Positions 1 through 7,956 of a DNA stretch of 39,529 nucleotides are shown here, in pieces (position 1 is the first letter of the stretch; every line of letters begins with the position of its first letter). The stretch is from contig WVWW01000001.1 of assembly GCA_011773795.1 (NCBI GenBank), forward strand, positions 15,646 to 55,174, in the 5' to 3' direction. This DNA is from Acidobacteriota bacterium (GTDB taxonomy: Bacteria; Acidobacteriota; Polarisedimenticolia; Polarisedimenticolales; Polarisedimenticolaceae). The translations under genes and the position numbers were made by a program. The notes under the pieces were generated by a model. It saw nothing but the letters and a program-made list of their open reading frames with translations. It was not told the DNA's origin and did no database searches.

Positions 1-1
1 G

Positions 2-928
2 AACCGGATCGTCCTGGGCGCCGGTTTCAGTGCGTTCACTGGCCTTGACACGGTCGACGATTCGAGCTTCACGCAAGGTCTCGGCGGTTCGTTCAGCCTG
101 CAGGAGCTCAACGAGACCGGGTACGAGGCGGACTTCGGGTTCCGTCTGTTCAGCGGCGAGAACAAGAGCTGGGATGCGTCGGTCGCCGTCGGCACGGGTA
201 CGACCGAGCTCGACGACTACAGCGACCAGCTGGACGCGACGGGCGCGGTGATTTCGCGCTTCGTGATCAACCGATACGACATCGATGACGTCTACGTTCA
301 GGTTTCCGGCGGTCACAACCGGCAATTCCTCGAGAGCGAAGGCGAAGTGCAGTTTCGCGCCGGCCTTCGTTCGTCGCGTCACGAGCTGTCCAACACCAGC
401 CTGTCGTTCACGGAAGACCTGACGGGGATCACGCCGAACCTCACGCTGCTCGGCCAGTCCCCGGTGACGGACAACGAAGTCTTCGTCTCGGCGGCGACGC
501 TGTTCGTGCGCGGCTGGACGCAGATCTTCGGCGGCGCGCGGTTCTCGATGTCGCAACTCGACGGGTCGACGCAGGTCGATGCGGTCGGAGTGATCGTCAA
601 CGAGTCGATCGATGACAGCGAGCTGCGTCTGGCACTCGTGATGGGACTGCGGCAACCGCTGTGGAACGAGCGCTTCAGCCTGGTCGCACGCGCGCAGGCG
701 GATCTGTCCGATTCGAGCCGGATGACGACCTTCGACACGGCGTCGAGCGGCACCGACGTCACCCAGACGACCACGCAGTACGCGATCGGCATCGAGACCG
801 TGCTCAACAACATGGCCTTCGACGTGGCCTGGCTGTTCGGGACGGATTCCGGCGCCGGCGGCACGACGGCGAACCGGCAGACGATCGACCTCGACCGGCT
901 CGTGATCTCGGCGACCTTCGGTTGGTAG
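2..928 (+). CDS. Outer-membrane beta-barrel protein, 5'-truncated by the window edge
   Basis: Frame 2 is open from base 2 to the TAG at 926-928, so the track's 'M' at 248 is an internal GTG. The sequence has an alternating beta-strand-like pattern and ends ...ISATFGW, an aromatic terminus typical of OMP barrels. It could be the C-terminal part of a larger barrel such as a TonB-dependent receptor; this cannot be decided here. Confidence 0.6.
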   Translation, partial: NRIVLGAGFSAFTGLDTVDDSSFTQGLGGSFSLQELNETGYEADFGFRLFSGENKSWDASVAVGTGTTELDDYSDQLDATGAVISRFVINRYDIDDVYVQVSGGHNRQFLESEGEVQFRAGLRSSRHELSNTSLSFTEDLTGITPNLTLLGQSPVTDNEVFVSAATLFVRGWTQIFGGARFSMSQLDGSTQVDAVGVIVNESIDDSELRLALVMGLRQPLWNERFSLVARAQADLSDSSRMTTFDTASSGTDVTQTTTQYAIGIETVLNNMAFDVAWLFGTDSGAGGTTANRQTIDLDRLVISATFGW

Positions 929-934
929 AGCGTC

Positions 935-1363
935 GTGGAACGTAGGAATACCAAGCTGCTTTGCCTGCTGTCGGCGACAGTCTTCGGCGCGGCACTGGCC
1001 GGTTGCGTCGACACGCGCGGGACACAGAGCGTCGTGCAGGCCGGACCGACGACCCTGCAGGCGGTCCAGGTGAGCGTGTTCACACCGCGCTGTGCCGTCA
1101 GCGGTTGCCATGTCGACGGGGCGCCGTTCGGTCTCGATCTGCGGACCGGGGCCACGGCCGGGAACACCATCATGGTGCCCAGCGCCGAGATGCCGACGCT
1201 GAACCGGGTAACCCCGTTCGATGCGACGAACTCGTACCTCTACATGAAGGTGTCCGGGGACCCGCGAATCCTCGGCGACCCGATGCCGGCGTTTGGCGCG
1301 CCGTTGTCGCCGCAGGAAGTCCAGCTCATCGCGGACTGGATCAACGCGGGAGCCCTGGAATGA
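935..1363 (+). CDS. Small lipoprotein with a C-x4-CH cytochrome-c-like motif
   Basis: GTG start 6 nt after the upstream stop. Signal peptide plus lipobox (..FGAALAG|CVD). Motif FTPRCAVSGCHVDGAPFGLDL resembles a haem-c attachment or cytochrome-c-like domain. The stop overlaps the tonB ATG (ATGA at 1360-1363). Confidence 0.6.
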   Translation: MERRNTKLLCLLSATVFGAALAGCVDTRGTQSVVQAGPTTLQAVQVSVFTPRCAVSGCHVDGAPFGLDLRTGATAGNTIMVPSAEMPTLNRVTPFDATNSYLYMKVSGDPRILGDPMPAFGAPLSPQEVQLIADWINAGALE

Positions 1364-2349
1364 GCGACGAGTCAACCCGCTCGACGCTGATCGCGAGTCT
1401 CGTGATCCACGCCGTCGCGTTGGTCCTGTTCCTGTTACTCACGACCGTGTTCAAACAACCGGATCCCGGTCCCGAGCCCGTCGAGGTGGTGTTTTACAAA
1501 CCGGGTGAGTACGTCCCGCCGCCGCCTCCACCCGAGCCGGAGCCGGTCACCGCGCCGGAACCCGAGCCGGAGCCGGAATCGGAGATCCGGGTCGCACGGC
1601 GCGAGCCCGAGCCAGAACCCGAACCCGAGCCGGAACCGGCCAAAACGATCGAGGTGGCCACGCTGGAGCCGCCGCCGACTCCCGAGCCGAAACCGGAACC
1701 GGTCAAGCCAGAGCCACGCCGTGAAGTCAAGACGAACCTGCTCAACGCCGCGATCACCAAGCCCGCGACCAAGATCCCGGCGCGCGAGCGCACGACCACG
1801 ACCGGCGCCTTCGGCAACACCGAGCCGGCCGCCGAGGAACCGCCGGCACGCTCGCGTCTCCGCGGTGGTACCCAGGTGGGGAACTTTGCCGTTGATGAGA
1901 AGGCACAACCCCAACGGGTGACCCGTAGACCGGCGATCCGGACGAGCGGGTTCGGTGCAACCGAAGAGGCCCCGGCCCGGCGTGACGAACCGAAGCTACA
2001 GAAGGTAGCTACCGGAGAGTTCGGCAGCACGCAGGCCGCGAAGCGTCCGCGCAGCACGCGCAAGGTACAGACCGAAGCGCCGGACACTCCCGTCGAGGTG
2101 CTGTCCAAGCCGACCCCCGTGTACACCGCCGAGGCGCGGGAGCTTCGCGTCGAGGGCGAGGTGATGCTGCGCGTGACGTTCGTCGCGAGCGGAGAAGTCA
2201 AGGTGCTCGAGGTGGTCGATCCCCTCGGGCACGGCCTCGACGAGGCCGCGATCGACGCGGCCAAACGCATCCGCTTCAAACCCGCACGCCGTGACGGTCG
2301 CCCGGTCGATCACACGACAACCGTACGCATCGTGTTTCAACTCGTCTAA
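1360..2349 (+). CDS. tonB: TonB family energy transducer
   Basis: The ATG at 1360 gives MSDESTRSTLIASLVIHAVALVLFLLL, an N-terminal TM anchor. This is followed by a long Pro/Glu-rich spacer (PPPPPPEPEPV..PEPEPEPE..) and a TonB C-terminal domain (PVYTAEARELRVEGEVMLRVTF..GEVKVLEVV..GHGLDEAAIDAAKRIRFKPARRDGRPV). The track ORF beginning at 961 is an upstream extension across the previous gene. Confidence 0.85.
   Translation: MSDESTRSTLIASLVIHAVALVLFLLLTTVFKQPDPGPEPVEVVFYKPGEYVPPPPPPEPEPVTAPEPEPEPESEIRVARREPEPEPEPEPEPAKTIEVATLEPPPTPEPKPEPVKPEPRREVKTNLLNAAITKPATKIPARERTTTTGAFGNTEPAAEEPPARSRLRGGTQVGNFAVDEKAQPQRVTRRPAIRTSGFGATEEAPARRDEPKLQKVATGEFGSTQAAKRPRSTRKVQTEAPDTPVEVLSKPTPVYTAEARELRVEGEVMLRVTFVASGEVKVLEVVDPLGHGLDEAAIDAAKRIRFKPARRDGRPVDHTTTVRIVFQLV
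1516..1720 (+). repeat. Low-complexity Pro-Glu (CCG/GAG-rich) coding repeat in the TonB spacer
   Basis: Reiterated gagccggagccgg / gaacccgagcc units encode PEPEPEP runs, the typical rigid periplasm-spanning linker of TonB. Confidence 0.6.
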
Positions 2350-2371
2350 CCGACGGAAAAACGAGGGACCC

Positions 2372-4024
2372 ATGAGACGCGCTTCAATTCACATCTCGGT
2401 ACTCCCGGCGCTGCTGTTGCTGTGCCTCGGGACGCCGCCAACAACGGCTCAGGAGAGCTCCAGGTTGGATCAGGTGCTCGATCGAGTCTTCGCCCAGGAG
2501 CAGGGCATGCTCGAACGGCTGATGGACCACCACCCGCTGGTCGAGACCTACCTGCAGTCGGTCAAACCGAACGGTGTCGAGGGGCTGACGCCGATCAGCG
2601 ACCGCTACTTCCTGGGTCGGCTTCAGCGCTTCGACAAGAAAAAGAAGAGCGGGGAGCAGTTGGTCGACCTGTACCACTACTCGGTCACGGCCAATCCCGA
2701 CGGCTTTGCCCGCATGTTGACACTCGACGCCGCCGACTTCCAGCGCAAGAATTACGACGTCCGTTTCGTGCGCCGGGAATTCCTCGGCGAGATCCGCACG
2801 TTCGTCTTCGACGTGGTACCGAAGACGGTCAAAGGTGCCAAGCCGGGCCGTTTCAGCGGCCGCATCTGGGTCGAGGACCGCGATTACCACATCGTTCGGT
2901 ACAACGGCGTGTACGGATCGATCTTTCGCACCAACCTGCACTTCGACAGCTGGCGAGTCAACGTCGAGCCGGGCGTCTGGCTGCCGGCCTACGTCTATAC
3001 CGAGGAGCCGGATCGTCCCGGAGGCGATCCCAAGATCAAGCACATGGGCCAGACCCGTATCTGGGGTTACGACGTCGGTGAACAGCGCTTCGACCAGGAG
3101 TTCGCCAAGGTTCTGATCGATGCCCCGTTGACCAGCGACGAGAGCGAGCAACCCGGACAGATCTCCCCGGTGGAGAGCTTCCGTGCGTGGGAGCGGGAAG
3201 CCGAGAACAACGTCCTGCGCCGCCTGACCCGCGCCGGGATGCTGGCCCCCGAGGGCGGCATCACGGAGGTACTCGAGACCGTCGTGGCGAACCTCGAGGT
3301 CACCAACGAGCTCGACATCTACCCGCCCGTGCGTTGTCGCGTCCTGCTGACGACTCCGCTCGAGTCATTCACCGCGGGTCACACCATCGTCGTGAGTCGC
3401 GGGCTCATCGACGTGCTCCCGGACGAGGGTGCGCTGGCGTTGGTCCTGGCTCGCGAACTGGCGCACATCGTCAGCGGGCACCGCGTGGACACCAAGTACG
3501 CCTTCAGCGACCAGATGCTCGTCGCCGACAAGGAAGTTCTCGAACTCTTTTCCTTCGCTCACGACGAGGCGCAAGAGCGGCAAGCCGATCTCAGGGCGAT
3601 CGAGTTGCTGCAGAACTCGCCTTACAAGGATCAGCTCGCGGGCGCGGGTTTGTTCCTCAAGACGCTCGCCGATCGCAGCAACCGGTTGACCACGCTGAAC
3701 GAGCCGCATTTCGGCAACCGCGTCGCGACGCGCGACCAGCTCTCGCGCCTGCAACCGATCCTGGATGCCGCGCCCGAAATCGACGCCACGGCGCTGGACC
3801 AGATCGCCGCGTTGCCGCTGGGCGGCCGCGTCAAGGTCGATCCGTGGAGCGCGAAGACCGAGCTGATGAAGACCGGCAGCGTCGCGCCGATGTCGGCGCG
3901 TGAGAAGCTGCCGTTCCAGATCACACCGCTGATGCCGTACCTGATCCGGCACCGCGGAACCGCCGCGACCGCTACGGTCACGACCACGAACAACACTGAA
4001 CCGCTCAACGCGGAAGCCCGTTAG
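2372..4024 (+). CDS. Secreted two-domain protein: LolA-like N-terminal region plus degenerate M48-like metallopeptidase region
   Basis: The ATG at 2372 gives a signal peptide (MRRASIHISVLPALLLLCLGTPPTTAQE). The segment ..GRFSGRIWVEDRDYHIVRYNG.. resembles lipoprotein-sorting/LolA-like folds. The C-terminal half has ALVLARELAHIVSGH, which aligns with the M48 HExxH..H signature but carries Arg in place of the first His. Confidence 0.5.
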   Translation: MRRASIHISVLPALLLLCLGTPPTTAQESSRLDQVLDRVFAQEQGMLERLMDHHPLVETYLQSVKPNGVEGLTPISDRYFLGRLQRFDKKKKSGEQLVDLYHYSVTANPDGFARMLTLDAADFQRKNYDVRFVRREFLGEIRTFVFDVVPKTVKGAKPGRFSGRIWVEDRDYHIVRYNGVYGSIFRTNLHFDSWRVNVEPGVWLPAYVYTEEPDRPGGDPKIKHMGQTRIWGYDVGEQRFDQEFAKVLIDAPLTSDESEQPGQISPVESFRAWEREAENNVLRRLTRAGMLAPEGGITEVLETVVANLEVTNELDIYPPVRCRVLLTTPLESFTAGHTIVVSRGLIDVLPDEGALALVLARELAHIVSGHRVDTKYAFSDQMLVADKEVLELFSFAHDEAQERQADLRAIELLQNSPYKDQLAGAGLFLKTLADRSNRLTTLNEPHFGNRVATRDQLSRLQPILDAAPEIDATALDQIAALPLGGRVKVDPWSAKTELMKTGSVAPMSAREKLPFQITPLMPYLIRHRGTAATATVTTTNNTEPLNAEAR

Positions 4025-4036
4025 AAGGAGCCCGTC

Positions 4037-4699
4037 ATGGATTTCGGAAACATGCTCGGCAGCATGGGGGTCATCGGCTTTGCCGTGATGGCCTGCCTCG
4101 CGGCGCTGTCGGTTTACTCGGTCTCGGTAATCCTCGCGAAGTTCCGGCGCTTCAAGCTCGCCGCGAACGAATCGCACGCGTTCGTCGAGCACTTCTCGGG
4201 GTTGCTGAGGGCGGGAAAATTCAACGACGCCGCCCAATCGGCTCAACAGCACAATCGATCGCACGTCGCACGGGTGGTTTGCGCCGGCGTCGAGGAGTTG
4301 AAAGATAACTCGACCAACGACCCCGACACGCGCGTCGAGATGGTCAGCCGCGCGCTCGAGCGCTGCTCCACGAAGACGCTGTCCGAGATGCGCAACGGGC
4401 TGGGCGCGCTGGCGACGATCGGATCGACCGCACCGTTCATCGGGCTGTTCGGGACGGTCATCGGCATCGTCCACGCCTTCCAAGGCATCGCCTCGACCGG
4501 ATCGGGCGGCGTGGCCGCCGTCTCCGGAGGGATCGCGGAGGCACTCATCGCCACCGCGCTGGGCATCTTCGTGGCGATTCCCGCCGTGATGGCGTTCAAC
4601 TACTTCGTCGGTCGTCTCGAGTCGTTCCACATCGAGATCCAGACGACGTCCGCCGAGTTCATCGACTTCCTGCAGAAGCGAGCCCATGCAACCCGATAA
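4037..4699 (+). CDS. exbB: MotA/TolQ/ExbB proton channel
   Basis: AAGGAG RBS before the ATG. Three TM segments and the family signature ..[27 protein letters not shown]... Confidence 0.9.
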   Translation: MDFGNMLGSMGVIGFAVMACLAALSVYSVSVILAKFRRFKLAANESHAFVEHFSGLLRAGKFNDAAQSAQQHNRSHVARVVCAGVEELKDNSTNDPDTRVEMVSRALERCSTKTLSEMRNGLGALATIGSTAPFIGLFGTVIGIVHAFQGIASTGSGGVAAVSGGIAEALIATALGIFVAIPAVMAFNYFVGRLESFHIEIQTTSAEFIDFLQKRAHATR

Positions 4700-5093
4700 G
4701 CAGCCCAAGCTGAACTCGTCCATCAACGTGACGCCGTTGGTCGACGTCGTGCTGGTGCTGCTGATCATCTTCATGGTGATCGCACCGCAGCTCAACCTCG
4801 ACCAGGCGATCACGTTACCGAAGACTCAACGCCCTCCGGACAAACCGCAGAACAACACGCAGATCGTGGTCTCGATCACGGCCGACGGTCAACTTCACGT
4901 CGACGACACCCCGGTCGCGCGCGAGCAGCTCCCGGACGAACTGCTGGCGCGGGCCGCCGCCATCGGCGAGGCGCAGGTCGTGATCAAGGGTGATGCCCGG
5001 CTGAGCTTCGGCCACGTACAGAAGACGATGTTCGAGATCGAGGCCGCCGGCTTCAAGGACGTCGGCCTGATCGCGCGTCAGAGCGAGGGTTGA
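4686..5093 (+). CDS. exbD: ExbD/TolR biopolymer transport protein
   Basis: N-terminal signature [19 protein letters not shown]. 14-nt overlap with exbB. Confidence 0.9.
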   Translation: MQPDKQPKLNSSINVTPLVDVVLVLLIIFMVIAPQLNLDQAITLPKTQRPPDKPQNNTQIVVSITADGQLHVDDTPVAREQLPDELLARAAAIGEAQVVIKGDARLSFGHVQKTMFEIEAAGFKDVGLIARQSEG

Positions 5094-5094
5094 T

Positions 5095-5562
<468 letters not shown>

Positions 5563-5589
5563 CGACGTCGCGCCGACCTTCGGCCCGGC

Positions 5590-5817
5590 TCAATCGACGG
5601 AGCGGGAGAAGCGGTCCTGATCCTGTGGTGGCGCTTCCGTTGCGGACTCTTCGTCTGCCCAGTACCAGACCGTCACGGTCCCGTCGCCACCGGAGTTGGC
5701 GTGGGAAACATTGATCAGCCGGTCGGGTCCGACCTGCTGCGCGAACTCCGCGGCCTGGGTGAACAGGTCGTCCCAGCTCGCCAGCAGCCCTCGAAAGAGC
5801 TTGTACTTGACTTGCAT
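5590..5817 (-). CDS. Small hypothetical protein (75 aa)
   Basis: The ATG at 5817 (MQVKYKLF...) is preceded by GGGAG 7 nt upstream. Balanced composition, unlike the Arg-rich shadow ORFs. No recognisable motif. Confidence 0.45.
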   Translation of the reverse strand: MQVKYKLFRGLLASWDDLFTQAAEFAQQVGPDRLINVSHANSGGDGTVTVWYWADEESATEAPPQDQDRFSRSVD

Positions 5818-5938
5818 GCTCGCACTCCCGGGAAACACTGCCGGTCGTCCCTGATAAACGCGTCTTTGCCACGTATTCATTGCGGTATGGGGAATCCACT
5901 ATTACCGCGGAGACAAGGCGGGCCGTAACATTTCGACC

Positions 5939-7231
5939 GTGATCGACGACCCCGCACGCAACCCGGGCTTGCTCAAGCTCGACCTCTACTGCAAGGGCAT
6001 GCAACTCGACGAATCCTGTTTTGTCGAGGATGACGGCGGACGCCCGATCATGCGCACGCGCGCGGGTCTCGGTTCCGGGCTCGAGCTGATCCTGCCCGAC
6101 GGGTTGTGGACCAACGTTCCCGTGACCGAGCCGTTTGCCAAGCGCTCACCCTACACGCTCAAGAAGAACAGGGGCGCCTACGAGATTTACCTCGACGGAA
6201 AACTCGCCGCTCGCGTGGGTTTGTCGCCGCAACCCGTCTGGTACGACTGGAAGACCAGCCAGGGGCGCGCGATGCGCCGCGTCGGGACACTGCAGGGGAC
6301 CTACCTGGGGATCTACCCTGCGCGGGTTTGCGAGTACTGGCTCGAATACCCCGGGCATCCACACAAGGACAACTGCAAGTTTTGCTCGGTCGGGTTGAAT
6401 CTCGGCAAGGACGACGGGGACGAGAAGACCGTGCAGGAAGTCGTCGAGGTCGCGATCGCGGCGTGGCGCGAGAGCGGCGTGACCTACGTCGACTTCAACA
6501 CCGGTCACTACGACGGCGACACGTTCATCGACATCCTCGAGCCGTACATCCGGCGAGTCAAGGAAGAGACCGGCGTGCTGATCGGCGTGCAGACACCTCC
6601 GCACCCCGACCTGGCGCGCTACGACCGACTCAAAGAGATGGGCGTGAACCGCGTCTCGTTCTGCTTCGAGATCTTCGACCGCAAGCGCTTCGAGGAGATC
6701 TGTCCGGGGAAGCATCGGCAGTACGGGTTGAACACCTACCTCAACGCGGTCGAGTACTGCGCCAGGCTGGCCCAGAAGAACACGATCATGGACGAGCCGT
6801 GGGTCTCGAACGGTGAGATCATCGCCGGCCTGGAGGACCCGCAAAGCTCGATCGATGCGATCGAGTGGATCACCGAACAGGGTGCGATCCCGACCGTATG
6901 CGTGTTCCGTCCGCTGCTGGGGACCGACCTGGCCTCGGCCGAGCCGCCGCGTACCGAGGACATGGTGCCGGTCTTCCGGCGGTTGTATGAAGCGTGTATG
7001 GAGCACGACCTGCCGATCGGCTTGGCTCCCAACATCAACGTGAGCCTCGTGATGCTCCCCGAGGAAGGGCGTTACCTGCTGGACGATGCCGCCAAGTACC
7101 GCTCGAAGGAATTCAAGCTCGCGGTCAAGAAGAAGCTCTTTCGGACGAAGTTTCTCACCGCGCAGAAGCGGCTACGCGACAGACGGCACAACGTGCATGC
7201 CGAGCGCTACCCGACCGCAGTCACTCACTGA
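5939..7231 (+). CDS. Radical-SAM-like (TIM-barrel Fe-S) enzyme with atypical C-x14-C-x2-C cluster motif
   Basis: The only cysteine triad in the expected position is C-EYWLEYPGHPHKDN-C-KF-C, followed by SVG. Downstream segments (..VTYVDFNTGHYDG.., ..GVNRVSFCFEIFD.., ..NGEIIAGLED..) resemble the SAM-binding and barrel strands of radical SAM enzymes. The start is uncertain (GTG 5939 or ATG 5999). Confidence 0.55.
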   Translation: MIDDPARNPGLLKLDLYCKGMQLDESCFVEDDGGRPIMRTRAGLGSGLELILPDGLWTNVPVTEPFAKRSPYTLKKNRGAYEIYLDGKLAARVGLSPQPVWYDWKTSQGRAMRRVGTLQGTYLGIYPARVCEYWLEYPGHPHKDNCKFCSVGLNLGKDDGDEKTVQEVVEVAIAAWRESGVTYVDFNTGHYDGDTFIDILEPYIRRVKEETGVLIGVQTPPHPDLARYDRLKEMGVNRVSFCFEIFDRKRFEEICPGKHRQYGLNTYLNAVEYCARLAQKNTIMDEPWVSNGEIIAGLEDPQSSIDAIEWITEQGAIPTVCVFRPLLGTDLASAEPPRTEDMVPVFRRLYEACMEHDLPIGLAPNINVSLVMLPEEGRYLLDDAAKYRSKEFKLAVKKKLFRTKFLTAQKRLRDRRHNVHAERYPTAVTH

Positions 7232-7956
7232 GACTCGTGGAAAGACGCGTGCTCGTGAGGGACGGAGTGCGCGTCGTGCGCACCGGGTTCCCCCGGGATC
7301 GCGCGCCCGAGCATCCAGATGCCGGCGAGGATCAGCGCGATCGCGGCGAGGGTGCGCCCGTGGCGGCGCAGACGCGTGGCAAGAAGTCGGTCGATCACGA
7401 CCACCCCGGAAAGCGCGGGCAACGTACCGAGACCAAAAGCGAGCATCCCCGCCGCCGAGAGCAGCGGGTTCCCCAGCGCCGCCGCGGGAACCAGCGCCAT
7501 CCAGACCATGCCGCAGGGCGTCAATCCCATGACGGCGCCGACCAGGACACGCGCCGCGAAACCGCGCTGACCGCCCAGCCCGCCCACGGCCGTCAGGCGA
7601 CGCAGCAGGCCCCCCAGCGCGGCGCCGAGTCGTTGCTCGAGGCGCGAGCGGGCACGCCTCATGACTAGAAGACCGTTGACGATGACGACGCCGCCGAGGG
7701 CAAATGCGAACGCCCGTCGCCCGCCCCAGGCGAGCTCCAAGCGGCGGCCGAAACTCCCCGCGATCAGTCCCAGCAGCGCGTAGGTCCAGAGCCTTCCGAG
7801 ATGATAGGCGAGGGCATCCGTCGAGAACGAACGTCCCGTCGGCAGGCTGCGCGACAGCCCGAGCAGGATCGGACCACACATCCCGACGCAGTGGAGGCTT
7901 CCGGCAAGACCGGTCAACGCGAGCGCGCCGAACAGGGGCAACGCGGCATCGTTCAT
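7225..7956 (-). CDS. TauE/SafE-DsbD_2-like membrane protein with HC-x2-MCGP motif
   Basis: Polytopic membrane protein with ..LAGSLHCVGMCGPILLG... Its start overlaps the ccoI stop (ATGA). Members of this kind are commonly found beside ccoI/ccoS. Confidence 0.65.
   Translation of the reverse strand: MNDAALPLFGALALTGLAGSLHCVGMCGPILLGLSRSLPTGRSFSTDALAYHLGRLWTYALLGLIAGSFGRRLELAWGGRRAFAFALGGVVIVNGLLVMRRARSRLEQRLGAALGGLLRRLTAVGGLGGQRGFAARVLVGAVMGLTPCGMVWMALVPAAALGNPLLSAAGMLAFGLGTLPALSGVVVIDRLLATRLRRHGRTLAAIALILAGIWMLGRAIPGEPGAHDAHSVPHEHASFHESQ

Noticed and set aside
961-1359. Upstream extension of the TonB ORF (the track starts at 961). Similar extensions occur at 33773..34021 (HAO), 14220 region (dihaem cytochrome), 14324..14608, 16923..17137 and 37249..37383.
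   Set aside because: The extensions overlap well-supported upstream genes or a tRNA. Internal ATG starts with an RBS, signal peptides and ATGA coupling give coherent proteins.
3365-4813. 482-aa minus-strand ORF overlapping the M48-like gene and exbB
   Set aside because: It is an Arg/Gly/Asp-rich, low-complexity translation antisense to two genes with clear family motifs. This is the typical shadow ORF of GC-rich DNA.
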